Source: Kangiellaceae bacterium | GTDB lineage: Bacteria; Pseudomonadota; Gammaproteobacteria; Enterobacterales; Kangiellaceae | Assembly (NCBI GenBank): GCA_041591085.1 | Contig: JBFHSP010000001.1 | Span: 1 to 53,848, forward strand | Reading direction: 5' to 3' | DNA: 53,848 bases | In this document: positions 29,479 to 39,647 of the stretch, in pieces | Layout of the letters: the number at the start of each line of letters is the position of its first letter | How positions within the stretch are numbered: the first letter of the stretch is position 1 | Made by a program: the position numbers and the translations under genes | The notes under the pieces: generated by a model | Databases searched by the model: none | Told to the model about the DNA's origin: nothing | What the model saw: the letters and a program-made list of their open reading frames with translations, nothing else

Positions 29479-30939
29479 ATGAAAATCAGACGATTTTTTG
29501 CCAAAGACATGCGCAGTGTGCTTAATCAAGTTACTGCAGAGCTAGGAAAAGATGCTGCTATTTTATCGACCAATAAAGTCAATGGAGGTGTCGAAGTAGT
29601 AGCTGCAACCGATTACGATGAAGCGCTGCTTCACGCTAGCCAATCAGCACCTAGAAATTCAGCCGTGAGCAATCAGTCGGATCATAGCGCCAATAAGCAA
29701 CCAGAAAAATGGGCAAATCTATTTAACAAACCCATTGAAAGACAAACTTTAAATTCTTCAGCGGGTAAAATCGAGAGAGAGAAAAATAACGAGTCACATT
29801 TAACTCGTTTTTTAAACCGCTTATCCAATGAGCAAATTGATGAACCCAATCAAGAGCAGGCATCACATGTAAACCCTAAACAAGCTAAAGATAAAAGTTC
29901 GAACATTCTAAATCGATCTTCGAAAACTGAGCAGGGTGACGATAACCTAATTCATTTAAGTGACGAAACTTTTACCTCATCGAAGGCTTCTAATAATGCT
30001 TCTTTTCCAAAAATAGAATGGTCGCAAGAACCGACGTTGGTTGCGATGCGCGAAGAATTAAACCTACTTCGTACTTTGCTCCAAGAACAAGTGTCTGAAA
30101 TTGCATGGAATAAGAAAAATGAAGTCACGCCGGTTGCAGTTGCTCTGCAAAAAGCGTTACAAAAACTGGGACTCGCACCGCATATCTCTGAAGCACTCGT
30201 CTTACAGTGTCAACATGAATCAGACTTTGAATGTGCATGGCAGAAAGCATTAGCATTACTATCAAAACGTCTTTCAGTTGGTGAAGACGATATTTTAAAT
30301 GAAGGTGGTGTGATTGCATTGATTGGTCCTACTGGTGTAGGTAAAACAACCACAATTGCAAAACTAGCCGCAAAGTACGTGTTAAAACATGGTCGAAATG
30401 GTGTTGCACTGATTACCACCGATAGTTTTCGAATTGCTGCTCACGAACAAATTAGAACTTTTGGAAGATTGCTACAGATACCGGTCAAAGCCGTGCATGA
30501 TGAGGCTACATTGCGCAGTGCTTTGAAGCAGTTTTCAGATAAATCATTGGTGTTAATTGATACCGCAGGAATGAGTCAATACGATGAACGTATGGCGCAA
30601 CAAATGAGTTGTTTAGCATCGGATGAAATTCATGTAAAAAACTATCTCGTGTTATCAGCAACGTCTCAAATTGGTGTTTTAAATAGTGCGATTAAACTGT
30701 TTGCTCCTTTTCATCTTGCGGGTTGTGTTGTGACCAAATTGGATGAAGCTACCAGTCTGGGAGAAATTATTTCGACTATAATTGATAATCAACTCGCTAT
30801 TTCTTACACAACTGATGGCCAAAGAGTGCCCGAAGACTTACGCATTGCAAGAGCGCATCACTTAGTGTCGAAAATGGTTTGGTTAGAACGACAATCTTGT
30901 CATAATGAGCAACCACCTCAAGTGACTGGAACCCATTAA
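29479..30939 (+). CDS. flhF: SRP-type GTPase FlhF
   Basis: MKIRRFFAKDMR, GPTGVGKTTT, DTAG, TKLDE, GQRVPEDL. Confidence 0.96.
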   Translation: MKIRRFFAKDMRSVLNQVTAELGKDAAILSTNKVNGGVEVVAATDYDEALLHASQSAPRNSAVSNQSDHSANKQPEKWANLFNKPIERQTLNSSAGKIEREKNNESHLTRFLNRLSNEQIDEPNQEQASHVNPKQAKDKSSNILNRSSKTEQGDDNLIHLSDETFTSSKASNNASFPKIEWSQEPTLVAMREELNLLRTLLQEQVSEIAWNKKNEVTPVAVALQKALQKLGLAPHISEALVLQCQHESDFECAWQKALALLSKRLSVGEDDILNEGGVIALIGPTGVGKTTTIAKLAAKYVLKHGRNGVALITTDSFRIAAHEQIRTFGRLLQIPVKAVHDEATLRSALKQFSDKSLVLIDTAGMSQYDERMAQQMSCLASDEIHVKNYLVLSATSQIGVLNSAIKLFAPFHLAGCVVTKLDEATSLGEIISTIIDNQLAISYTTDGQRVPEDLRIARAHHLVSKMVWLERQSCHNEQPPQVTGTH

Positions 30940-30941
30940 GC

Positions 30942-31826
30942 GTGTTCGGTTCAAACGTAGCTACAATCAATAAATATGATCAAGCCGCAGGATTAAGATT
31001 GATGAGTATATCTAAACCCGTGAAAGTTATTGCCGTAACCGGTGGGAAAGGAGGAGTGGGTAAAACCAACGTCTCAGTAAATCTTGCCACTTACTTATCT
31101 TCCATGGGACATAATGTGATGATGCTTGATGCAGACCTAGGTTTAGCTAACATTGATGTGATGCTTGGGCTTAAAGTTCATAAAAATATACAGCATGTTT
31201 TGTCCGGTGAGTGCGATTTAAAAGATGTCATTGTTGAAGGGCCTCATGGATTAAAAATTGTTCCTGCAGCTTCAGGTATGCAAAAAATGGCTGAGCTCTC
31301 AACTGCGGAGCACGTGGGCATCATTAGGGCATTCAGTGATATTGGTCAAAACTTAGATTATCTTATTGTTGATACCTCAGCCGGAATCAGTGATAACGTT
31401 GTATCCTTCACGAGAGCATCACAAGATGTTCTGTTAGTGGTTTGTGATGAACCTACTTCAATTACCGATGCTTACGCCTTAATGAAAGTACTTAATCGCG
31501 ATTACGATGTTCAAAGATTTAAAATTGTGGCTAATATGGTCAGAACGCCACAAGAAGGTCGTGAAATTTTTGCGAAATTATCATCAGTTGCTGAAAAGTT
31601 TTTGAATGTCATGTTAGATTATCAAGGATCGATACCCTATGATGAGAATGTACGCAAGGCGATAAAAAAACAAAAACCATTGATCGAATTGTTTCCTCGC
31701 TCTCCTGCAGCAATAGCTATTAAAAGCCTAGGTAAGAAAGTAGAGTCGTGGCCGATACCGGTTAATGCATCAGGAAAAATAGAGTTTTTTGTTGAAAGAC
31801 TGATAAACGCTCAAGCTGTTATTTAG
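30942..31826 (+). CDS. flhG: MinD-like ATPase FlhG/FleN
   Basis: DQAAGLR, GKGGVGKT, DADLGLAN, EPTSITDAY. Confidence 0.95.
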   Translation: MFGSNVATINKYDQAAGLRLMSISKPVKVIAVTGGKGGVGKTNVSVNLATYLSSMGHNVMMLDADLGLANIDVMLGLKVHKNIQHVLSGECDLKDVIVEGPHGLKIVPAASGMQKMAELSTAEHVGIIRAFSDIGQNLDYLIVDTSAGISDNVVSFTRASQDVLLVVCDEPTSITDAYALMKVLNRDYDVQRFKIVANMVRTPQEGREIFAKLSSVAEKFLNVMLDYQGSIPYDENVRKAIKKQKPLIELFPRSPAAIAIKSLGKKVESWPIPVNASGKIEFFVERLINAQAVI

Positions 31827-31837
31827 AGTTTTAAATT

Positions 31838-32566
31838 ATGTCGGGAATAGACACCTATAAAAAGATTGGTGCACAGTCTCAAGATGTCACAACTCAATAC
31901 GCTACTTTAGTGAAGCGTATTGCACACCATTTGTTAGCACGTTTGCCATCCAGTGTTTTAGTTGAAGATTTAATGCAAGCTGGAATGATTGGTCTGTTAG
32001 AAGCCTCAGCCAATTTTGATGCCAGTAAAGGTGCCAGCTTTGAAACTTATGCTGGAATACGTATACGCGGCGCTATGATTGATGAAATAAGACGTGGCGA
32101 CTGGGTTCCACGCTCGGTTCATAGAAATACGCGCGAGATTGCCAAAGTCATTGCTGAAATTGAACAGAAAACTGGACGAGATGCTCGTGACACAGAAGTT
32201 GCTAACGAGATGAATATTGATGTTGAAGACTATCGTATCATGCTGATGGAGTCGGCGACCGGGTACATGCTTGACTTTGAAGACTTAGGATTAACCCAAG
32301 ATCATTTTAGTGAAGGGTTATCAAATAATAACCAAGGCGTAAATCCTTACGATGGTCTACAAACTAGAGATTTCAGAAATTCGTTAGCCGATGCTATATC
32401 AAGTCTTCCAGAAAGAGAGCGTTTAGTGCTTGCACTGTACTACGATGAAGAGCTTAATTTAAAAGAAATTGGTGAAATAATAGGCGTTTCTGAGTCAAGA
32501 ATCAGTCAAATCAATTCTCAAGCCATGATTCGCTTACAAAGTCGTTTAAGAGATTGGCGTAAATAG
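31838..32566 (+). CDS. fliA: RNA polymerase sigma-28 factor FliA
   Basis: DLMQAGMIGL, IRIRGAMIDE, DWVPRSV, VSESRISQI. Confidence 0.97.
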   Translation: MSGIDTYKKIGAQSQDVTTQYATLVKRIAHHLLARLPSSVLVEDLMQAGMIGLLEASANFDASKGASFETYAGIRIRGAMIDEIRRGDWVPRSVHRNTREIAKVIAEIEQKTGRDARDTEVANEMNIDVEDYRIMLMESATGYMLDFEDLGLTQDHFSEGLSNNNQGVNPYDGLQTRDFRNSLADAISSLPERERLVLALYYDEELNLKEIGEIIGVSESRISQINSQAMIRLQSRLRDWRK

Positions 32567-32637
32567 ATAATTTTGACTAAGTTTATGAGTAATATCGTAG
32601 CCATTTTAGAAAAGCTCATTCAAGGGGGAGGTTTTTC

Positions 32638-33027
32638 TTGGACAAAAATATGAAAATCCTAGTTGTCGATGATTTCTCGACAATGCGACGAATCGTTAAA
32701 AATCTGTTAAGAGATCTTGGTTTTACCAATACGGCAGAGGCTGACGATGGTCAAACGGCGTTACCAATGTTACAAAATGGCGACTTCGACTTTTTAGTCA
32801 CAGACTGGAATATGCCTGGCATGCAGGGTATTGATTTGCTCAAGAATGTAAGAGCAGATCCTAACCTGAAAGACTTGCCTGTTTTAATGGTAACTGCTGA
32901 AGCCAAGCGCGAACAGATAGTTGAAGCAGCGCAAGCTGGTGTCAACGGTTACATAGTTAAACCTTTTACAGCTGGAACACTTAAGGAAAAAATCGAAAAG
33001 ATATTTGAACGAATCGAAGGCAAATAA
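32638..33027 (+). CDS. cheY: Motor-controlling CheY (F6 system)
   Basis: [31 protein letters not shown]; TTG start with GGAGG RBS. Confidence 0.96.
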   Translation: MDKNMKILVVDDFSTMRRIVKNLLRDLGFTNTAEADDGQTALPMLQNGDFDFLVTDWNMPGMQGIDLLKNVRADPNLKDLPVLMVTAEAKREQIVEAAQAGVNGYIVKPFTAGTLKEKIEKIFERIEGK

Positions 33028-33039
33028 CCGAGGTCACTC

Positions 33040-33783
33040 ATGCAAATCCAAGACAAAATGATGGCCGACGTTACGCTTGAGCAGGCTAGAAAGCTTATCT
33101 CTTGTTTGGAATCTGGTAATTTAGAACAAGCAAGAGAAGCCATCGATGGACTTTCGCAAATTAGAGAGGCGAGCTTATTTTCAGAAGTCGGCAAGCTCAC
33201 TCGTCAGTTACATGAAGCGTTAGCTAATTTTCAGCTCGATAACAAAATTACCGGATTAGCTGCGCAAGAAATTCCCGACGCCAAAGAAAGACTCAATTAC
33301 GTGATCGAAATGACAGAGTCAGCGGCTAATAAAACCATGGATTCTGTTGAAGAATGTTTGCCGATAGCTCAATCCATCAAAGAAACGGCCGATAACCTCA
33401 GTATTGACTGGAGCAAGCTGTATTCTAGAGAACTAAAACCAGGAGAGTTTCGTGAACTCGCTGCACGTGTTGAAGCATTCCTGAACTCAGTATCTTCGGA
33501 TTCAGGCGATTTAACGTCCAAATTAAATGATGTTCTATTGGCTCAAGATTATCAAGATTTAACCGGCCAGGTTATTCGGCGTGTCATTACCTTGGTACAA
33601 GACGTTGAAGATAACTTAGTTACTTTAATTAAGATGTTCGGTTGTTCTGAAGAATTTAAGAAAGCGAAGAAAAACACCAAGAAAATTGAAGGCGTAGAAG
33701 GCCCTGTTATAGATAAAACGAGAGAAGACGTGTTGACTAATCAAGATGATGTCGATGACTTACTTTCGAGCTTAGGGTTTTAG
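33040..33783 (+). CDS. cheZ: CheY-P phosphatase CheZ
   Basis: QDYQDLTGQVI catalytic motif; C-terminal QDDVDDLLSSLGF. Confidence 0.96.
   Translation: MQIQDKMMADVTLEQARKLISCLESGNLEQAREAIDGLSQIREASLFSEVGKLTRQLHEALANFQLDNKITGLAAQEIPDAKERLNYVIEMTESAANKTMDSVEECLPIAQSIKETADNLSIDWSKLYSRELKPGEFRELAARVEAFLNSVSSDSGDLTSKLNDVLLAQDYQDLTGQVIRRVITLVQDVEDNLVTLIKMFGCSEEFKKAKKNTKKIEGVEGPVIDKTREDVLTNQDDVDDLLSSLGF
33369..33395 (+). promoter_or_regulatory. Candidate sigma28 promoter inside cheZ
   Basis: TCAAT-N14-GCCGATAA: perfect -10, -35 one mismatch from TCAAG. Confidence 0.35.
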
Positions 33784-33794
33784 AGGAGTTATCA

Positions 33795-36002
33795 ATGTCG
33801 ATAGACGCCGATGAAGAAATATTACAGGACTTTTTAATCGAAGCAGGTGAAATACTTGAGCTGCTTTCTGAACAATTGGTTTCGCTTGAAAACGATCCTA
33901 CCGATATGGATTTGCTTAATGCCATTTTCCGAGGCTTTCATACGGTAAAAGGTGGTGCTGGTTTTTTAAATTTAACCGCCATGGTCGAAGTTTGTCATAT
34001 CACTGAAAACATATTTGATATTTTACGCAATGGAGCCCGGATCGCTGACTCACCTTTAATGGATGCAGTGCTCCAAGCACTTGATCACGTCAATATTATG
34101 TTTGATGAAGTGAAGGGTGGGGATGAACCATCTTCAGCGCCTCAAGAATTACTTGAAACTTTAGAAAGCTTCGCTCAAGCTGAAGGCTCATCTGCACCTG
34201 TTAAAGCAATTCCCCCAGTTGAAGAAGTGGCTGCCGAGCCTGAACCTAAAGCTGCGTCAGCCGATGAAATTTCAGATGACGAGTTTGAATCTTTGCTCGA
34301 CGAAATTCATGGGGCGAAAAGTTCTGAGCCGAAAAAAGAAGCAGCGGCGGAACCTGCTACGAGCGATGATATTTCAGATGACGAGTTCGAGGCCTTGCTC
34401 GATGAAATACATGGTGGTTCTAAATCTAAACCATCAGTAAAGGAAACTAAGCCCGCAGCCAACGCTGACGAAATCAGTGATGATGAATTTGAAGCTTTGC
34501 TAGACGAACTTCACGGCAATGGCTCTGTTTCTGCTAAAACTGACAAAGCTAAAACTGAAAAAGTCAAAACGGGATCCGACGATTCTATATCCGATGATGA
34601 ATTTGAATCCTTATTGGATGAGCTCCATGGGGCAGGTCAAAAACCTTCTGTAACTACTACAAGCTCAACCCCTGCTAAACCTGCGCCGAAAAGCACACCG
34701 CCTACACCAATTGCAGCTAAACCAACACCCAGTAAACCGGTACCTGCCACGCCAAAACCGGAGCCAAAAGCTGCTCCAGCAAAACCTGTAGAAAAACCAA
34801 AGGCACCGGTAAAAAGCACAGCGGTAGCCCCGGAGTCAACGGTTCGAGTGGATACATCTCGGCTTGATGAAATTATGAATATGGTGGGCGAACTGGTGCT
34901 GGCGCGAAATCGCCTCAAAATGCTAGGGCAAAACTATCAAGATGAAGACCTAAATAAAGCCGTCGCAACCTTAGACTCTGTAACATCAGATCTGCAAGGT
35001 TCGGTCATGAAAACCAGAATGCAGCCAATTAAAAAGGTGTTTGGGCGTTTTCCCCGGGTGGTTCGTGATTTAGCGCGGAGTTTGAAAAAAGAAATCACAT
35101 TACAGTTAGTTGGTGAAGAAACCGATTTAGATAAAAACTTAGTAGAAGCTTTGGCTGATCCTCTGGTGCATTTAGTACGAAACTCTGTCGATCACGGCAT
35201 TGAAAGTCCTGAGGTTAGAGCATCGTCAGGCAAGCCTAGAACAGGAAAAGTTGTTTTATCTGCTGCTCAAGAAGGCGATCATATTTTGCTTGCAATTGAA
35301 GATGATGGCAAGGGAATGGATCCAAATGCGCTTCGAAGAAAAGCGGTAGAAAAGGGGCTAATGGATCAAGATCAAGCTGATCGTTTGAACGATACGGAAG
35401 CTTTTAACTTGATTTTTATGGCAGGGTTTTCAACCAAAGAAGAAATTTCTGACGTTTCTGGTCGAGGCGTCGGTATGGATGTTGTTAAAACTAAGATTAC
35501 GCAGCTAAATGGTAGCCTGGCTATCGACTCTCAATTAGGCCGTGGTACCAAAATTTTAATCAAAGTGCCGCTTACTCTAGCGATATTGCCCACCTTAATG
35601 GTGACTTTAGGCAAACAAGCTTTTGCATTACCGCTTGCAAGTGTAAATGAGATTTTCCATTTAGATTTACGCAGAACCAATATCGTTGACGGACAAGAAA
35701 TGGTGGTAGTTAGGGAAAAAGCATTGCCGTTGTTTTACCTAGATCGTTGGCTGCTTCCTCCGGGTCATGCTACCTCATTAAACTCAGAAGAGGGGCATGT
35801 AGTGATTGTACAGGTCGGAACCCATAAAGTCGGATTTGTTGTGGATTCTTTATTGGGTCAAGAAGAAGTCGTGATTAAACCACTCGGGCGTTCACTCCAA
35901 GGTACTCCTGGAATGGCGGGTGCGACTATTACCAGTGATGGTGGAATTGCATTGATTCTTGATGTACCTAGTTTGCTTAAAAAATACGCAAAGCGATCTT
36001 AG
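33795..36002 (+). CDS. cheA: Chemotaxis histidine kinase CheA (F6 system)
   Basis: FRGFHTVKGG, TVRVDT, HLVRNSVDHG, SGRGVGMDVV; acidic repeats in place of a canonical P2. Confidence 0.96.
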   Translation: MSIDADEEILQDFLIEAGEILELLSEQLVSLENDPTDMDLLNAIFRGFHTVKGGAGFLNLTAMVEVCHITENIFDILRNGARIADSPLMDAVLQALDHVNIMFDEVKGGDEPSSAPQELLETLESFAQAEGSSAPVKAIPPVEEVAAEPEPKAASADEISDDEFESLLDEIHGAKSSEPKKEAAAEPATSDDISDDEFEALLDEIHGGSKSKPSVKETKPAANADEISDDEFEALLDELHGNGSVSAKTDKAKTEKVKTGSDDSISDDEFESLLDELHGAGQKPSVTTTSSTPAKPAPKSTPPTPIAAKPTPSKPVPATPKPEPKAAPAKPVEKPKAPVKSTAVAPESTVRVDTSRLDEIMNMVGELVLARNRLKMLGQNYQDEDLNKAVATLDSVTSDLQGSVMKTRMQPIKKVFGRFPRVVRDLARSLKKEITLQLVGEETDLDKNLVEALADPLVHLVRNSVDHGIESPEVRASSGKPRTGKVVLSAAQEGDHILLAIEDDGKGMDPNALRRKAVEKGLMDQDQADRLNDTEAFNLIFMAGFSTKEEISDVSGRGVGMDVVKTKITQLNGSLAIDSQLGRGTKILIKVPLTLAILPTLMVTLGKQAFALPLASVNEIFHLDLRRTNIVDGQEMVVVREKALPLFYLDRWLLPPGHATSLNSEEGHVVIVQVGTHKVGFVVDSLLGQEEVVIKPLGRSLQGTPGMAGATITSDGGIALILDVPSLLKKYAKRS
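34263..34631 (+). repeat. Four 51-bp (17-aa) acidic repeats in the cheA linker
   Basis: D[EDS]ISDDEFE[SA]LLDE[IL]HG at 34263, 34365, 34467, 34581 (spacing 102, 102, 114 bp). Confidence 0.95.
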
Positions 36003-36021
36003 TGTCTCTTTGAGGTGAAAT

Positions 36022-37074
36022 GTGACGATAAAGGTATTGGTTGTTGATGATTCTAATTTTTTCTGCAGACGCGTAGCTGAAATCTTAAGCGCTGATCCTG
36101 AAATAAAAGTGGTTGGTGTTGCCAATAATGGGCAAGAAGCCATTGAAAAAGTAAAACTGCTTAAACCAGATGTTATTACTCTCGATGTTGAAATGCCCGT
36201 AATGGATGGCATTACTGCGTTAAAGCAAATCACCAAAATCCACCCTGCTAAGGCGTTGATGTTGTCTTCGTTAACTTACGAAGGAGCCAAGCTAACTCTT
36301 GATGCGCTCGATGCCGGTGCGGCTGATTTTATGTTAAAAAGCTATGAAGGCATTTCACAAACTTCAAGTAGATTATCGATTGGACTAAGAAATAAAGTTA
36401 AAGAACTTGGCCGCGTCGCTGCTAAAACAGCTGTACCAAGACCTTCTGTTTCTGCCCCAGTGAGCCAACCGGTCAAACCATCTCCCAGCGCAAAAGTGCA
36501 AAGAGGTAACTTTAAGGTTTTAGCAATAGGAGCCTCTACTGGTGGCCCGGTTGCATTACAAAAAATATTGACCGCTCTTCCCGCAAACTTTGCAGTCCCC
36601 ATTACTATTACTCAGCATATGCCGGGTACCTTCACAGGAGCCTTTGCTCAAAGACTAAATGGTTTATGCCAATTAAATGTAGTTGAAGCCACCGATGGAA
36701 TGTCTTTGAATGCAGGTACGGTATATATCGCTCCCGGTGGCAAGCAAATGTTTATAGAAGGCAGTGCTTCGGCAGCAAAATTGAGAATTCGAGAATCTGA
36801 TGCAAGGCTACAATACGCACCCTGCGTTGATGTGACATATGCTTCTGCAAGTAAGGTGTTTGGCCAAAACGTACTTGCCTTAGTTTTAACTGGGATGGGA
36901 GCTGACGGTAGAGACGGCTCAAGGTTGCTGAAACAAAAAGGAGCTACAGTTTGGACTCAAAATGAATCCAGTTGCGTGGTGTATGGAATGCCCATGTCGG
37001 TTAAAACAGCGGGTCTCTCGGATTTAGAAGTTGACCTTGATCAAATATCACAACTTTTGCTTAGAGCAATATAA
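36022..37074 (+). CDS. cheB: Methylesterase response regulator CheB (F6 system)
   Basis: REC plus GASTGGP, QHMP, LTGMGADG; GTG start. Confidence 0.95.
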   Translation: MTIKVLVVDDSNFFCRRVAEILSADPEIKVVGVANNGQEAIEKVKLLKPDVITLDVEMPVMDGITALKQITKIHPAKALMLSSLTYEGAKLTLDALDAGAADFMLKSYEGISQTSSRLSIGLRNKVKELGRVAAKTAVPRPSVSAPVSQPVKPSPSAKVQRGNFKVLAIGASTGGPVALQKILTALPANFAVPITITQHMPGTFTGAFAQRLNGLCQLNVVEATDGMSLNAGTVYIAPGGKQMFIEGSASAAKLRIRESDARLQYAPCVDVTYASASKVFGQNVLALVLTGMGADGRDGSRLLKQKGATVWTQNESSCVVYGMPMSVKTAGLSDLEVDLDQISQLLLRAI

Positions 37075-37817
37075 TGGATTCCTTAACCTTTTTGGGCTTA
37101 TTGCTCGCGGTTATTGCTATTTTTGGTGGCCAGCTGTTAGAAGGCGGGTCTATTGAAAGCTTATTGAACATGCCTGCACTGTTAATTGTGTTGGGAGGCT
37201 CTTTAGCTGCTGTTTTAATTCAAACTCATCCAAAGGCCCTAAGAAGATCTTTGTCGATGTTTCATTGGGTTTTTTTCTCTCCAACACTACCAATGAGTAA
37301 AGGCATCGATTTGATTGTAAGTTGGAGCCACACCGCTCGTAAGCAAGGCTTACTAGGTCTAGAAAATGAAATCGACAAGGTGTCAGACAGATTCGTTAAA
37401 AAAGGCCTCATATTGTTAATCGATGGAGGCTTGCCAGACAAAATTCGCGAAACCCTGTTACTCGATTTAGAAGTGAATGAACGCAATACATTAAGTGCGG
37501 TAAAGTTTTATGAATCGCTAGGCGGTTATACTCCTACACTTGGAATTGTTGGAGCCGTATTAGGGTTAATTCAGGTTATGGGAAATTTATCTGAGCCTTC
37601 AATGCTAGGTAATGGAATTGCCACGGCATTTGTTGCCACTATTTATGGTGTTGGTTTTGCCAATCTCTTCTTTCTACCGATAGCTCAAAAATTAAAATCT
37701 ATTGTTCATTTACAAAGTTTATACTTAGAAATGATGATAGAAGGGTTGGTCTTAGTAGCCGAAGGAGAAAACCCTAAAGTTATCGAAAACAAATTATTAG
37801 GTTTTATTCCTGATTGA
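37074..37817 (+). CDS. motC: Flagellar stator A subunit (MotC/MotA family)
   Basis: ARKQGLLGLE, PTLGIVGAVLGLI, AFVATIYG; cheB-motC-motD-parA order. Confidence 0.88.
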   Translation: MDSLTFLGLLLAVIAIFGGQLLEGGSIESLLNMPALLIVLGGSLAAVLIQTHPKALRRSLSMFHWVFFSPTLPMSKGIDLIVSWSHTARKQGLLGLENEIDKVSDRFVKKGLILLIDGGLPDKIRETLLLDLEVNERNTLSAVKFYESLGGYTPTLGIVGAVLGLIQVMGNLSEPSMLGNGIATAFVATIYGVGFANLFFLPIAQKLKSIVHLQSLYLEMMIEGLVLVAEGENPKVIENKLLGFIPD

Positions 37818-37835
37818 TTCCAATGAATCACTATT

Positions 37836-38816
37836 ATGCTACGAAAGTCACCGATAATTGAAGATGAAAAACTCGACCGCTGGTTGATCAGCTATGCTGA
37901 CTTCATCACATTATTGTTCGCATTTTTTGTTGTGATGTACTCTATATCTCAAGTTAATGAAGGAAAGTATCGAGTTTTATCCGATACTTTACTCACGGTG
38001 TTTGATCCTGCTGAGAAAAGGAAACTAGAGCGTTCAGGAACTTCAGTGATCGCTAATGATCTTATTGAGTCCTCTACAAACTCTGAAATCGACTCTTCTA
38101 GCACTAATGCAATTGATCCGATTCAAGAGCACAACCCTAACAATTATGCCGATGTCGAAGAGTTTAATCGCATTGAGAAAATACTATCTGAGTCGCTTGC
38201 TCCGCTTATTGATGAAGATCTGGTTACCATAAAAAAGTCAAAAGACTTCATAGAAATTGATATGCGCAGTGCTTTGCTTTTTGGTAGCGGTAGTGATGTT
38301 TTGTCGGCAAGTGCTAAAGTAGTGCTAGAAGAAGTCGCTAAGTCAGTCAAAAACAACAAACATAGAATTAATGTCAGAGGGCACACAGACAATGTGCCGA
38401 TCGCATCCGAACAATTTGGCTCAAATTGGGCATTATCTGCAGCACGAGCAGTTTCTGTGGTACGTCTTTTGCAGAATTTACAAATATCGCCAAGGCGATT
38501 GACTGCAGAAGGTTATGGTGAGTTTGCGCCATTAGAGTCAAATGCCACTGAATTAGGAAGAGCTAAAAACAGACGAGTTACGGTAGCTATTTCGCGTTAT
38601 CTTCTTGAGGAGTCATCTAACGATGGTGAGTCAGTTGATGAAGTTGAACAGCAAACGCCCGTATTATCAGAAGTGATTAACCATAAAGAAGGTAGCAAAA
38701 CTGTAACAGAGCCAACTTTTGAAGTGGTGCGCTTACCTAATGGTGGATTGTTAATTAGAGGCAAACCTTTGCCAGAAAAGCCGCAAAATAAAGACAGCAA
38801 GGGCGATTCTCAGTAG
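37836..38816 (+). CDS. motD: Flagellar stator B subunit (MotD/MotB family)
   Basis: WLISYADFITLLFAFFV (essential Asp); OmpA-like GHTD, NWALSAARA, NRRV. Confidence 0.88.
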   Translation: MLRKSPIIEDEKLDRWLISYADFITLLFAFFVVMYSISQVNEGKYRVLSDTLLTVFDPAEKRKLERSGTSVIANDLIESSTNSEIDSSSTNAIDPIQEHNPNNYADVEEFNRIEKILSESLAPLIDEDLVTIKKSKDFIEIDMRSALLFGSGSDVLSASAKVVLEEVAKSVKNNKHRINVRGHTDNVPIASEQFGSNWALSAARAVSVVRLLQNLQISPRRLTAEGYGEFAPLESNATELGRAKNRRVTVAISRYLLEESSNDGESVDEVEQQTPVLSEVINHKEGSKTVTEPTFEVVRLPNGGLLIRGKPLPEKPQNKDSKGDSQ

Positions 38817-38852
38817 GCCTTATAGGGCTAAAAATTTTAAGAAGGTATTTAT

Positions 38853-39647
38853 TTGAACGTTTGGACCGTCGCAAATCAGAAAGGTGGTGTTGGCAAAACA
38901 ACTACCGTAGCCACACTGGGCGGGCTTTTAGCTGCTCAAGGAAAGCGTGTGTGTTTAATAGATTGCGATCCGCACGCTTCTTTAACTAGTTATTTTGGAT
39001 TCGATACCGACTCGTTAGATTTTTCGTTGTTTGATGTTTTTCAATCCAGTCAGGTACCGTTGCAGTATGAAGATTTACCAAAAGGCTTAGTGTTGCCAAC
39101 GCAAGAAGAGCGCTTAGACTTTATTGCTTCATCAATCGGATTGGCAACACTAGAGAAAGTAACCGCAAATAAATCTGGAATGGGATTGGTTGTAAAAAAG
39201 CTCTGCCAAACACTGTCTCAAAAATACGATTATATTTTGCTCGATTGTCCGCCTATTTTAGGTGTTTTATTAGTCAATGCTTTGGCTGCATGCCAAAGGC
39301 TGATCATTCCCGTTCAAACTGAATTTTTAGCGCTAAAAGGGTTGGAGAGAATGATGCACACCATAAACATGGTGGTTAAAGCGCAAAGGCATAGAATTGA
39401 ATACGTGATTGTTCCCACAATGTTTGATCGACGAACAAAAGCATCAATTGCAACCTTAAGAAATATGCGTGACGATTTTGGTGTTCATTTGTGGCCTAAA
39501 GTGATACCTGTGGATACCAAGTTTAGAGACGCTAGTCAGCAACATCGTGCCGCAAGTGCAGTATTTCCAGAGAGCCACGGAGTAGTGGCTTATGAAAAGT
39601 TATTGCAACACTTACTTAAATCAGAACGATCACAGCAGGTGGCGTAA
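38853..39647 (+). CDS. ParA-family ATPase for chemosensory array positioning (Vibrio ParC-like, not topoisomerase)
   Basis: NQKGGVGKTTT, DCPP, PVQTEFLALKGL, IPVDTKFRDAS; TTG start. Confidence 0.88.
   Translation: MNVWTVANQKGGVGKTTTVATLGGLLAAQGKRVCLIDCDPHASLTSYFGFDTDSLDFSLFDVFQSSQVPLQYEDLPKGLVLPTQEERLDFIASSIGLATLEKVTANKSGMGLVVKKLCQTLSQKYDYILLDCPPILGVLLVNALAACQRLIIPVQTEFLALKGLERMMHTINMVVKAQRHRIEYVIVPTMFDRRTKASIATLRNMRDDFGVHLWPKVIPVDTKFRDASQQHRAASAVFPESHGVVAYEKLLQHLLKSERSQQVA

Noticed and set aside
8912-34631. Repeats considered as possible CRISPR or mobile-element signatures
   Set aside because: They are two-copy tandem or in-frame protein repeats, with no unique-spacer array, cas gene or transposase.
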